From an uncultured Ignavibacteria bacterium (GTDB lineage Bacteria; Bacteroidota; Ignavibacteria; Ch128b): a DNA stretch of 64,000 nucleotides. The translations under genes were made by a program, and so were the position numbers. Positions 31,329 to 41,227 of the stretch are shown here, piece after piece (the stretch's first letter is position 1; each line of letters opens with the position of its first letter). The notes under the pieces were generated by a model. That model was not told the DNA's origin, searched no databases, and saw only the letters and a program-made list of their open reading frames with translations. Location: contig CALDZP010000003.1 in NCBI GenBank assembly GCA_937944105.1, positions 19,163 through 83,162 of the forward strand, written 5' to 3'.

Positions 31329-32276
31329 TTAAGCATAATATTTTACCATTGCTGCAAGAAGCGGAATCATTAATTCATGATGTCCTGTAAACATAAATCC
31401 CTTACCACCATCCTGTGTGGGTCGCTGAACAACATTAACACGCGGTCGATAGTGTTGAATGAAATCGAAATTTGCTGTGGTGAAATTAAAGACCTTATGA
31501 CCGAGATTTCTTGCTACTGTAAGTGCTTTTAAAAATACTTCCGGTAAAATTACATTTGAACCGATATTAGCAACAACGCCACCGTTCCTTAATTTTGAAA
31601 CTTCATTACAAAATATTTTGAAATCGTTCATGCTCAATTCTCCAATTGCTGCACCATTTACATCAGGATGCTGATGAGTAATATCAGTTCCAATTGCTGC
31701 ATGAACCGTAATAACTTTATCGAGTTCAAAGGCATTATAGATCAAACTTAAGTTTTTATTCTTTGCTTTGCGTAATTTAATTTCGATTGCCAGAGCTTCC
31801 CCGTAACCAAGATTTGAATGTTCATACTTCGAAAGAGTGGAATTAATAAATTCTCCTGTTTCCCTTGCCATCCCAAAAGAGCCATCTGTAATTCCAGCAG
31901 CTACATCTTCAGATGTTTTACCAAAAAAAGCCAGTTCAGAATCATGGATTGCCCCGGCACTATTCATCGCAATTGCAGTTATAAAATTATTTTTCATTAA
32001 ATCTATTAAAATAGGACTCAAACCAACTTTTATAACATGAGCACCAATCATGAATATGATTGGTTTATTTTTCTTTCTTGCTTTTACGATCAATTGAGCA
32101 AATTCCTTAAGATCATTAACAGCGAGAAATTTTGGTAATGAATTAATATAATCACCAAAGGAATCTTTTTCAGGATCAAAGGTTTTTGCAAGTAAATTTA
32201 ATTCAACTTTACTTTTTCTTTGTTTGATCGAGTATGTTTTAACTTTTGACAGATCAATTTTTTTATACTTCGACAT
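31329..32276 (-). CDS. Conserved protein, deoxyhypusine-synthase-like fold (GSU2086-like family)
   Basis: GAHVIKVGL, HD.E.A..G.TSEDV...G.FGMA.ET, H.AIGTDI.H.HP, GS.V.LPEVFLKA, GHHE.MIPLL. Confidence 0.65.
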   Translation of the reverse strand: MSKYKKIDLSKVKTYSIKQRKSKVELNLLAKTFDPEKDSFGDYINSLPKFLAVNDLKEFAQLIVKARKKNKPIIFMIGAHVIKVGLSPILIDLMKNNFITAIAMNSAGAIHDSELAFFGKTSEDVAAGITDGSFGMARETGEFINSTLSKYEHSNLGYGEALAIEIKLRKAKNKNLSLIYNAFELDKVITVHAAIGTDITHQHPDVNGAAIGELSMNDFKIFCNEVSKLRNGGVVANIGSNVILPEVFLKALTVARNLGHKVFNFTTANFDFIQHYRPRVNVVQRPTQDGGKGFMFTGHHELMIPLLAAMVKYYA

Positions 32277-33064
32277 TATAATTTTGCCTTAAGTGGTGAC
32301 TTTAAATTTTCGTAACTCGTAAGTTCACTATCAATTGCTCCAATAATCACTTTAGTTTTTACCTTAACGGGCATCTTATTATCATCGTCAGTTAACCAGA
32401 TTAAAATGCTCCCTTCAGATTTAAATAAACCTCCTTCCTGAACAAGAGGTTCAACAACAATACATCGAAATTTTCCAGCTTTTACTGATACAACTTCTTT
32501 CCCATGGTATAAAACTTCGAGATCATAGGTTTTATCTTTATAGAAATTCTGCAATTTAATTTTATCACCTTTTTTCATTTTAGAAAAATCGAGAGTTCGC
32601 ACATAAAAGAAAGCAGAAACAATATCGTGAACGTAAGGCGGGACTTTGAATACTCCTTCTGAAGTTTTTGCAAGATTTCTTCTCTGATCAAAAAATGCAC
32701 TGAAATCCCTTGAATATTTTCCTTCACGGATGTGTTGTTCAAATCTCCAGGGAAAAATTCCTTCTACATCCAGATAAGTTTCATATCTGTCTCGCACTTT
32801 AAAGAATGGATCGAAGGCTGGAACAGTGTTAACTTCAAATTTAATTCTGTAAACTTTTCTGCCTGCAATGGTTTTGATCTCAGGAATAGAAAAGGTTGCA
32901 ATGCCGGCTGTTACAAAACCGTAATTGACATCAAAAGTTAACTTTTCATTTAGTCCAAATGCTTTGTTTTCAACATTTCTGAATTCAGCTACACCAAATG
33001 CTAAAAATGACAATGAAATAATTATTAGAAAAAGATTGAAATTTAAATAAACCAACTTTTTCAT
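32276..33064 (-). CDS. DUF3108 domain exported protein
   Basis: E.LTFDV.YG...AG, D..SAFF.VR, V.AGKF.C, IW.TDD..K.PVK. Confidence 0.8.
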   Translation of the reverse strand: MKKLVYLNFNLFLIIISLSFLAFGVAEFRNVENKAFGLNEKLTFDVNYGFVTAGIATFSIPEIKTIAGRKVYRIKFEVNTVPAFDPFFKVRDRYETYLDVEGIFPWRFEQHIREGKYSRDFSAFFDQRRNLAKTSEGVFKVPPYVHDIVSAFFYVRTLDFSKMKKGDKIKLQNFYKDKTYDLEVLYHGKEVVSVKAGKFRCIVVEPLVQEGGLFKSEGSILIWLTDDDNKMPVKVKTKVIIGAIDSELTSYENLKSPLKAKL

Positions 33065-33253
33065 AGAAGATTTCCTGTAAACTTTATTTTAATGTATTAA
33101 ATGAATTGAGACAAACATAAATTCAAAAGAACTATTACTCTCTAATTTATATTAAAATGATTTTTCTTTTGTTATTAAAAAATCTCTCAGAAATAACAAA
33201 GAGTTTTTGATTTTTTATGCTGTTCACTTCGAGTCTTTTATTGAAATTTTGTC

Positions 33254-34282
33254 TTAAATTTTTTTCAAAAATTCCAGATTTATAATTTTTTCAATTTCTT
33301 TATAAACCTTGAAAACATCAATTGAATCCATACAATTTAATCTTTTGCATTGTTCAGGGGTACAATCGAGACAATCAATTTCTGGTTCAAATATAATTCT
33401 TTTTTTTGTAATTGGACCCCATCTAATTAGAGAAGCAACTTTAATTTTTGGATAAAATGAAATTACCCAACAATTAGCAATTGCGGCTAAATGAGTTGGT
33501 CCCGTGGAATTTCCTACATAAACACTTGCAATTGAAAATAGATTAAATAATTCAGGAAGATTTAATTCCCCCGCAAAATTGTGCACCTTAAAATCAAAAT
33601 CATTAAATAATTCATAAAGAAAAAGGAAATCCTTTTGAGTACCGGTTAAAATAATTTCTACATCCAGATTCTGCTTAATAAGTCTTGCGAGTTCTTTAAA
33701 ATTTAAGTAGCTCCAATCAACAGCAGATCCCCCACTGGAAATATGCAAAACAATTAAAGGTTTGCTTAAATCAACATTATACTTTAATAATTTATTGTAA
33801 ACTTTTCTTCGAAATTCTTCGTCGGGTTTTAAACCAAACTTAATTCCTAATAAATTATTCTCATTTTTTATTCCAAGCGGTTCAAGTAAATCTAAATTAT
33901 ACAATGCTTCATGTTTAATACTCTCTTTTCTGTGATGCGCCACTCTTTTATTAAATAAAAATGAATAGGCTCTATATTTCGTGCCGATTCGAATTTTTAT
34001 CCCCGCAAAAAATACAACAAGGGCATTTCGAAATGTCGGTCGAGCTACAATTGCATAATCAATTTTTTTTCTTCTTAATATTTCAACAAGTTCAAAAAAT
34101 CCTACTTTGTCTATAGATATAACATCGTCAACTGCTTCAGATTTAGAAATTATTGGAGCGGTATATGAATTTGCCAGAAAATAAATCTTAGAATCAGCAT
34201 AATTATCCTTTATCTTTACGGCTATCGGTAAAGTTAAAAGTGCATCACCAAGTCTATCTGTTCTAACTATTAAAAATTTCAT
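33254..34282 (-). CDS. Glycosyltransferase family 9 (LPS heptosyltransferase-like)
   Basis: LIVRTDRLGD.LL..P, VGNSTGPTHLAA, RWGP. Confidence 0.92.
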   Translation of the reverse strand: MKFLIVRTDRLGDALLTLPIAVKIKDNYADSKIYFLANSYTAPIISKSEAVDDVISIDKVGFFELVEILRRKKIDYAIVARPTFRNALVVFFAGIKIRIGTKYRAYSFLFNKRVAHHRKESIKHEALYNLDLLEPLGIKNENNLLGIKFGLKPDEEFRRKVYNKLLKYNVDLSKPLIVLHISSGGSAVDWSYLNFKELARLIKQNLDVEIILTGTQKDFLFLYELFNDFDFKVHNFAGELNLPELFNLFSIASVYVGNSTGPTHLAAIANCWVISFYPKIKVASLIRWGPITKKRIIFEPEIDCLDCTPEQCKRLNCMDSIDVFKVYKEIEKIINLEFLKKI

Positions 34283-34291
34283 TGTGTAATT

Positions 34292-34879
34292 TTACTTTTT
34301 AGAGACAAATTTGTTTTCTTTTATGTAAAATCTTAAAGGTAGATCTTTAGATTTTTCGATACCAATTCTTGTTGTTCTTACAATTTCAAAAGTTGAGTTT
34401 GAAATTGATTCTGCTATAAATAAATCAGGTGAGGTTTTAAGATCAACACCATTAAATTTTTTATCAATCTTCAAAGCCTGACATAGTTTAGCAGGTCCAT
34501 TAGTTAAATTAACAATATCACTTTTATTTCTGAATTTTTTCATCAATTCAATTCCTTCAATTGGCTCAAGAGCACGAATCAAAACAGCAGAACCTTTTCC
34601 TTTTTCACCTGTCACAACATTGAAGCAATAATGCATACCATAAGTGAAATAAACATAAGCAAGTCCAGGCTCTCCAAACATAACTTTATTTCTTTCCGTC
34701 ATACCAATAGCAGAGTGCGAAGCAAGATCATTATCATCAAGATATGCTTCTGTTTCAACAATTTTTCCTGCCAGTATTTGACCTTTAAAAACTCTAACGA
34801 GAATTTTTCCAAGTAAATTTTTTGCAACCTCTGGAGTAGAATCTTGAAAAAAATTATTCTTAACCTTTGTGTATTTCAT
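34292..34879 (-). CDS. mpg: DNA-3-methyladenine glycosylase (MPG/AAG family)
   Basis: LLGK.L, IVETEAY, YVYFTYGMHYCFNVV, AVLIRALEP, NGPAKLCQAL, RIGI. Confidence 0.95.
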   Translation of the reverse strand: MKYTKVKNNFFQDSTPEVAKNLLGKILVRVFKGQILAGKIVETEAYLDDNDLASHSAIGMTERNKVMFGEPGLAYVYFTYGMHYCFNVVTGEKGKGSAVLIRALEPIEGIELMKKFRNKSDIVNLTNGPAKLCQALKIDKKFNGVDLKTSPDLFIAESISNSTFEIVRTTRIGIEKSKDLPLRFYIKENKFVSKK

Positions 34880-34929
34880 TTAGCGCATTATAAAATTTGG
34901 ATTATAAAAATTGTAAGCTCGAAATTGCC

Positions 34930-35580
34930 TTAATCAGATTTGATTTTCGATTTCAAGAACTCCATTTGTTTTTCATAGTAATCTTTTCGTGAAGGATTTT
35001 TATGGATTAATTTTTGAAGAATTTTATATGCTTTTTCAAATAAACCCTGATTAACTAAAATATGATACATCGTTTCAGTAATTACTTCTGGAGTTTCATT
35101 TGGTGGCTCGTAAAGTTTATCAAAATTTGGATCTGCTTTTATTATTAACGAATTAGCATTCTCTAATTTTTCCATAATCTGTTCAATTTCAGATTTTTCT
35201 ACCATTTTTCTTTTCCTGAGAATAGACTCCGAATGTGAAAAAGATTGTTCCCCTTTTATTCTAAATAAAAACTGTTTATTTAATATCCTATCAATCAAGA
35301 ATTTAGCTGTTTGGCAATTCGGGCTAAGAGTTAGTACTTTTTGAAGATTTTCTAGAGCTTCTTTATCTCTACCTTTTTGAAATAAAATTTTTGCGTAAAC
35401 AAGATAAGCGGTTGTATACAATTTATGTTTCTTTAAACCACTCTGAACTACTTTTAATGCTTCATTAATCATTCCTTTTTTCAAAAGTAAATCGGCGTAT
35501 CTTGCAAAAAGAGGAGAATCTGGATTTCGTTCTATAATTTCTCTGATCCGATTTAAATCAAGATCATAAGATATTTTCAC
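34930..35580 (-). CDS. Tetratricopeptide repeat protein
   Basis: NPDSPLFARYA..TPR helices; C-terminal 'ITETM..I.V.QG...KA..I...L...P' motif. Confidence 0.75.
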   Translation of the reverse strand: MKISYDLDLNRIREIIERNPDSPLFARYADLLLKKGMINEALKVVQSGLKKHKLYTTAYLVYAKILFQKGRDKEALENLQKVLTLSPNCQTAKFLIDRILNKQFLFRIKGEQSFSHSESILRKRKMVEKSEIEQIMEKLENANSLIIKADPNFDKLYEPPNETPEVITETMYHILVNQGLFEKAYKILQKLIHKNPSRKDYYEKQMEFLKSKIKSD

Positions 35581-37043
35581 TTTTTACTCTCCAGTGCATG
35601 TTTGATTGACATAATTGCAATCACTCCATATCCAAGAAAATACATTGAAAGGAAAGGGATTGCCGCTATTTCTGCATAAAAAGAAGCCATTCCTATTCCA
35701 AACAAAGCCCATAGTGCAAATATCAGTTCAAGTAAAATCATCGGGCTAATTTTCGTTACAGCATACTTTTTTCTCTTCGGATGTGGATTGTTTAAATTTG
35801 ATTCAATTCTGAATTTAGGTGTTCTTACGAACTCACTTTTTTTATTAAGCAAACCTTCTATAACTGCACGAGTATTATTTAAGGCAAATCCCATACTACC
35901 AGCCATAAAAACAGGGAAGAGATAAATTCGTCTTTTCCAATCGGGATAAACGTCTTTTTGAGAATACATATACATCAAAAATGAAGAAATGAAAGCAAGC
36001 GTAAAAATGGACATAAACGCAAAGTATTCATCATAATTTCCTGTATTTTTAACATAAACAAGAGGAACATTGAGCAAACCAGCCATAACAATCAATGGAA
36101 AAACAATATTCATAGTTAAATGAAATGTTGAATAAAGTTTAATTTTGAGCGGGACTTTAGATTTCCAAACAAGTGGGAGTATTTTCTTTGCTGTTTCAAT
36201 TGCGCCTTTTGTCCAACGAAATTGTTGATTCTTTAAGGCATTGATTTCAATCGGTAATTCAGAAGGAGAAGTGAAATCATTCAAGAAAATGAATTTCCAT
36301 CCTTTAAGTTGTGCACGATAACTTAAATCAAGATCTTCTGTTAAAGTATCCGGTTGCCAATTACCAGCATCGAGAATACACGACTTACGCCAGATACCAG
36401 CTGTTCCATTAAAGTTGATAAAAAATCCAGCTTTATTTCTAATTTGTTGTTCCATCACAAAATGCCCATCCAGCGCAAGAGCTTGTGCTCGAGTTAATAT
36501 TGAATATTCAGCATTCATATGTTCCCAGCGAGTTTGAACCATTCCAATTTTTGGATCTGTGAAATAATGGATAGTTCGATTTAGAAATTCAGGATTTGGA
36601 ATAAAATCAGCATCAAAGATTGCAATAAATTCTGCATCTGTTTTTTCAAGACCTTCTTTCAAAGCGCCAGCTTTAAAACCATACCGATTATCTCTATGAT
36701 AATAAGTAATATTAAAACCAAGTTTCTTTTTCTCTTCTACTATCTTCTTCAATACATCTTGAGTTTCATCAGTTGAATCATCCAGAACCTGAATTTCCAT
36801 TTTATCTTTTGGATAATTGATTTTGCATACAGCTTCTATTAATCTATCGACAACAAGTGCTTCATTAAATGTTGGTAGTTGAATGCAAACCTTTGGTAGT
36901 TCTTTAAAATATTCTTTTGGTTCAAACTTAACATCTTTGAATTTATTGTATAAATAAACTAAAAAGAATCCGTGCATTCCATAAAAAAATAAAATAGAAA
37001 GTGTAATTAAGTATGCTGTCAAAATTGCATCTTCTGTCGCCAA
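35577..37043 (-). CDS. Processive GT2 glycosyltransferase (cellulose-synthase-like)
   Basis: QLP.FNE, QVLDDSTD, KAGAL, IFDADF, TEDLDLS, QQFRW (QxxRW), F.RTPK. Confidence 0.92.
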   Translation of the reverse strand: MATEDAILTAYLITLSILFFYGMHGFFLVYLYNKFKDVKFEPKEYFKELPKVCIQLPTFNEALVVDRLIEAVCKINYPKDKMEIQVLDDSTDETQDVLKKIVEEKKKLGFNITYYHRDNRYGFKAGALKEGLEKTDAEFIAIFDADFIPNPEFLNRTIHYFTDPKIGMVQTRWEHMNAEYSILTRAQALALDGHFVMEQQIRNKAGFFINFNGTAGIWRKSCILDAGNWQPDTLTEDLDLSYRAQLKGWKFIFLNDFTSPSELPIEINALKNQQFRWTKGAIETAKKILPLVWKSKVPLKIKLYSTFHLTMNIVFPLIVMAGLLNVPLVYVKNTGNYDEYFAFMSIFTLAFISSFLMYMYSQKDVYPDWKRRIYLFPVFMAGSMGFALNNTRAVIEGLLNKKSEFVRTPKFRIESNLNNPHPKRKKYAVTKISPMILLELIFALWALFGIGMASFYAEIAAIPFLSMYFLGYGVIAIMSIKHALESKK

Positions 37044-37061
37044 TTTGACCTCTATATTTTT

Positions 37062-37556
37062 TTACCAATCAGAAACTGTTGCTATTAAAATATCTTCAGT
37101 TAAATTATCAATTGCTTTTTGAATTGCCTGCTGCTTTGCTGCCAATCCAACATCAACAGCATAATCGCTGTATTGTGAGAAATTTTTTTCCCAGATTTGT
37201 CTTTTTGTTCTCTGATCAATGAATTTAACTTTAACTTGAATCACAATTCGTCTGGAATTGACCTGTTCATTTCCTGTAATTACAAATGGTTCATCTCTTA
37301 AAGCTGTTATAATTCCTTCGAGTATTGTATCAGAATATTTTTTATCGACCACCTGAAGAGAATTATCCTGAATAAATTTTTGAATTAAAGAGTTAGTTAA
37401 AATTTCTCTTAATCCAGCTTCGGTATAACCACTGATATCATCAAAAACCGGTATTGCAACTGTTCTCATATCAGCTGGAATTGAGGCTCCAGTGAAGGAG
37501 TAGCTACATCCAGAAATTATTAAAATAAATAAAAAATAAAATATATGTTTAATCAT
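37062..37556 (-). CDS. lptE: LptE-family lipoprotein
   Basis: Lipobox ISGC followed by YSFTGASI, typical of FCB-group LptE; located after the sigma-54 activator. Confidence 0.8.
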   Translation of the reverse strand: MIKHIFYFLFILIISGCSYSFTGASIPADMRTVAIPVFDDISGYTEAGLREILTNSLIQKFIQDNSLQVVDKKYSDTILEGIITALRDEPFVITGNEQVNSRRIVIQVKVKFIDQRTKRQIWEKNFSQYSDYAVDVGLAAKQQAIQKAIDNLTEDILIATVSDW

Positions 37557-38661
37557 CCATTTGTAATTCTTTTAGTCGTCTATATAGTGTTCTTAAACTA
37601 ATACCTAAAAGCTCAGCTGCTTTTTTTTTATCAAACTTAGCTTGAATCAACGCATTTTTTATAGCTTCTTTTTGTTGTTCTTTATACGATGTTATAGAAT
37701 AATTTTCTGTTTCAGGAATAATATCTTCAATCTTGTTAGAACGATTTAAAATTGCTTCCTTAATTTCCATCAAATCTTTTTTTATTTCAAATAAAGCCTT
37801 GTAAATAAATTCGCGGTCAGCTACCTCAGCTGACTTATTAACGAAAATAGGAAGATTTCTTTCTCTTTCATCAAACTGTAAAGGCGTTAGATATTTTTCA
37901 AAATCCTCAATTCGCAAAATGCCTGTTTTGTTTAGTGCCGCTGCCGATTCGATAATATTCTTCAACTCTCGCACATTACCAGGCCAGGAGTAATCCATCA
38001 AAAATTCGTAAGCCTCTGAAGCAATTTCAATTTTGGAAATTTTATTTCTTTCACAGAAGTCTTCAAGAAACTTATCAGCCAGAATCGGTATATCTTCTTT
38101 TCTTTTTCTCAAAGGTGGAATTTCAATCATTACAGTTCGAAGTCTATAGTATAAGTCCTCACGGAATCTTTTTTTGTAAACTTCTAATGCAAGATCCTTA
38201 TTTGTAGCGGTAATAAAACGTACGTCAACTTTAATAACAGTTTCGGCACCAAGTCTTAAAATCTCTTTAGTTTCAAGTACTCTTAAAAATTTCACCTGAA
38301 GTGGTAAAGGTAAATCACCAATTTCATCTAAAAAGAGCGTACCACCATCTGCAAGTTCAAAATATCCTTTTCTTGATTCCACTGCACCAGTAAAAGCCCC
38401 TCTTTGATGACCAAACAATTCACTTTCAATTAAACCTTCAGGAATTGCACCACAATTAACACTGAACAATTTTTTGTTTGCTCTTGGACTTAGACCATGA
38501 ATTGCCTTTGCTACGAGTTCCTTTCCTGAGCCACTTTCTCCTTGAATTAATACAGTTATATCAGTTGGTGCAACCTGGTGAATAACCTCAACCATTTCCT
38601 TCATTATTTGTGAACGATAAAAAATCCCGAATCTATTCTGAAACTCTTTATGATCAATCAT
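37549..38661 (-). CDS. Sigma-54-dependent AAA+ transcriptional activator with Fis HTH, no receiver domain
   Basis: [50 protein letters not shown]. Confidence 0.93.
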   Translation of the reverse strand: MIDHKEFQNRFGIFYRSQIMKEMVEVIHQVAPTDITVLIQGESGSGKELVAKAIHGLSPRANKKLFSVNCGAIPEGLIESELFGHQRGAFTGAVESRKGYFELADGGTLFLDEIGDLPLPLQVKFLRVLETKEILRLGAETVIKVDVRFITATNKDLALEVYKKRFREDLYYRLRTVMIEIPPLRKRKEDIPILADKFLEDFCERNKISKIEIASEAYEFLMDYSWPGNVRELKNIIESAAALNKTGILRIEDFEKYLTPLQFDERERNLPIFVNKSAEVADREFIYKALFEIKKDLMEIKEAILNRSNKIEDIIPETENYSITSYKEQQKEAIKNALIQAKFDKKKAAELLGISLRTLYRRLKELQMDD

Positions 38662-38789
38662 ATATTATAGTTTTAATATTTTCCTTCATCTCAATCTTAA
38701 TCTATTAAAATGCTAACAAAATTAAATAAATTGGAAGTAAAATTCTCTTTTAATGTCTAATTCGGTAGGAACATTATAAGTAATAAAAA

Positions 38790-39527
38790 CTATTCTGATT
38801 TTACAACAATTCCATCAATATTGAATTTGTTTTTTATCACTAATGCTTCATTCCTTGCAGATGCTTCAGAATCAAAATTACCAATCAGAACAATAAAGAG
38901 TTTTTTACCATTTACGAATTTTTCTTTTATTCGGGATTCATATCCCGAAAATTGTGAAGCAAATTTTAAGGCATTTGTTTCAGTGGAAAACGCTCCAACC
39001 TGGATGGTAAAATTTTTTGAGGAGTGTGATTCTAAATTATCACTTTGAGTGTTAGTTTGATTTGTATTACTTAGATGTTTCTGCTCAAATTTTAGTGAAG
39101 TCTCAAATCTGGAGGATGTATTATTCTCTCTCTTAATTAAATTTAAAAACTCCGAATCAGGGAAAGATTCTCTTAGCATTCTAGCATATTTATCAGATTC
39201 ATTGAAATCACCACGAGAATAATAATATTGATAAAGTCTAAACAAAGCATCGTCTTTAAATTCAGATTCATCACTAGAAAAGGCAACCTCCCGATAAAGT
39301 TTTGATGCTTCATTACCATCTTCACTTAGAACAGCTTTTAGAAATTTTACAGAAGGTGAGTTAGGATTATCTTTCTCAAGACTCATTAAAATGATACGAG
39401 CTTTATCCACCTCCCCTTTTTCAATATCTAAAATTATTTTTTTTAAATCGATATTTTGTGCAAAAACCAAATTATAAGCGCAAAATGTGATGGTCAGAAA
39501 AAAAATTAAAAAATTAATTTTGTTCAT
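38790..39527 (-). CDS. TPR + SPOR domain exported protein
   Basis: Signal peptide from MNKINF (ATG at 39527); C-terminal SPOR 'FTIQVGAFS...NA...V.IG.F.S...A'. Confidence 0.82.
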   Translation of the reverse strand: MNKINFLIFFLTITFCAYNLVFAQNIDLKKIILDIEKGEVDKARIILMSLEKDNPNSPSVKFLKAVLSEDGNEASKLYREVAFSSDESEFKDDALFRLYQYYYSRGDFNESDKYARMLRESFPDSEFLNLIKRENNTSSRFETSLKFEQKHLSNTNQTNTQSDNLESHSSKNFTIQVGAFSTETNALKFASQFSGYESRIKEKFVNGKKLFIVLIGNFDSEASARNEALVIKNKFNIDGIVVKSE

Positions 39528-40872
39528 ACAGATTTTGTAAGGAAGGATTTTTTTCAATTTTTTCAACTTCATCAGCAAATAAAGTTGCTGAATTTGCGCG
39601 TACAATTTTGGCAGAACAATAATCACCAATTTTCAGATTTTCCTTTGGTAAAATAACTATTTTATTAGTATCAGTTCTTCCCATATAAAAATCTCTTGAT
39701 TTTTTACTATAATCCTCAACCAATACCTCAACTTTTTGACCAATCATTTTTTGATTTATTTCGTAAGAGATTTTTTGCTGCAATTCAATTATTTCGTTTA
39801 ATCTCCTGGTTTTGATATCATCTGGAACATCATCTCCCATTTCCCAGGCTTTGGTTCTTTCACGAGGAGAATACTTAAACATAAAAGCTCCATCATATTT
39901 AACTTCACGTAAAACTTCCAAAGTCATTTTGTGATCTTCTTCTGTTTCAGTAGGAAATCCAGCAATAATATCAGTTGAAAAACTAACGCCAGGAATAACT
40001 TTTCTAGCTTTTTCGATTCTTTCCAGATAATGTTCGACAGTATAAGTTCTATTCATAAGTTTTAATATACGATTTGAACCAGATTGAATTGGAAGATGAA
40101 TATAATTACAAATATTATCGTGCTCTGCAATAGTATAGATCAATTTATCTGAAAAATCTTGTGGATGTGATGTGGTAAATCTAACCCTCATATCTGGAGC
40201 AGCTTTAGCAACTGCTGATAGTAAATCAGCAAAATCATAATCACCATCGCGATATGAATTAACATTCTGTCCTAGTAAATTAACTTCTCTAAAGCCTCTT
40301 TGATGAAGAGCTTTTACTTCATTAACAATGCTCTGAAGTGGTCTGCTTCGTTCTCTTCCTCTGGTAAAAGGAACAACACAAAAAGTACAAAATTTATCAC
40401 AACCTCTCATAACAGCAATCCAGGCAGAAATCCCATCCTCTCGATAAGGTTCAATATCATCGTAAGTCTCTGTCTTACTTAATCTAACAGCAATTCCTTT
40501 CTCGCCAATCAATGCATTATCAATTAATTCTGGGATTCTTCTATATTCATCAGGACCAACAATCAAATCAACGATTTTTTCTTCTTCAATAAGTTTTGAT
40601 CTTAATCGTTCAGCCATACAACCAAGAATTCCGACAACGAGATTGGGGCGATATTTTTTTATTGCTCTAAATGACCCAAGACGACCATAAATTCTTTCCT
40701 CTGCATGTTCACGTATTGCACAGGTGTTAATCAAAACGATATCAGCTTGATCAGCATCATTAATTAATTCATAACCATTTTTTAATAAAACTCCTTGTAC
40801 AATTTCTGTATCAGCGAGGTTCATCTGACATCCGTAAGTCTCTATATAAATCTTTTGCTTATTCATCGTCAT
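39514..40872 (-). CDS. miaB: tRNA-2-methylthio-N6-dimethylallyladenosine synthase MiaB
   Basis: TYGCQMN, NTCAIRE.AE, GCMAE, RGCDKFCTFCVVP.TRG.ERSR, HLP.QSG. Start moved to 40872 (or 40866). Confidence 0.96.
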   Translation of the reverse strand: MTMNKQKIYIETYGCQMNLADTEIVQGVLLKNGYELINDADQADIVLINTCAIREHAEERIYGRLGSFRAIKKYRPNLVVGILGCMAERLRSKLIEEEKIVDLIVGPDEYRRIPELIDNALIGEKGIAVRLSKTETYDDIEPYREDGISAWIAVMRGCDKFCTFCVVPFTRGRERSRPLQSIVNEVKALHQRGFREVNLLGQNVNSYRDGDYDFADLLSAVAKAAPDMRVRFTTSHPQDFSDKLIYTIAEHDNICNYIHLPIQSGSNRILKLMNRTYTVEHYLERIEKARKVIPGVSFSTDIIAGFPTETEEDHKMTLEVLREVKYDGAFMFKYSPRERTKAWEMGDDVPDDIKTRRLNEIIELQQKISYEINQKMIGQKVEVLVEDYSKKSRDFYMGRTDTNKIVILPKENLKIGDYCSAKIVRANSATLFADEVEKIEKNPSLQNLYEQN

Positions 40873-41175
40873 TTTTTTATAATATTCCTTATTATTTAGT
40901 GGGATAAATGATTCTTGATTAGCAAATTTAATTCTTTGAAGATACTTTAACAAAGCAAAAAAGTTTCTATTAATATAAGCTTTAATTCTTAAAAATTCCT
41001 TTGAAAACCTAAAACTGTCAAAAACTCTGCTAATAAAACAATTAAAGAAAAACTTTATAATTTTAATTTCTTCAAGTGACTCATTAATTCATACTCTTAC
41101 AGTTAAAATTTGATTTATGATGGGGTTTAAAAATGAAAAACTAAAACTAAAAAATAACTATGAAAATCATTAATT

Positions 41176-41205
41176 AAAAAAAGTCCCGCCAACGGCGGGA
41201 CTTTT
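41176..41205 (-). terminator. Rho-independent terminator of the multiheme cytochrome gene
   Basis: AAAAGTCCCGCC-AAC-GGCGGGACTTTT perfect stem, with a U-tract on the minus strand, 22 nt after the stop at 41228. Confidence 0.9.
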
Positions 41206-41227
41206 AGATCTAACCTCCCCACAAGGC

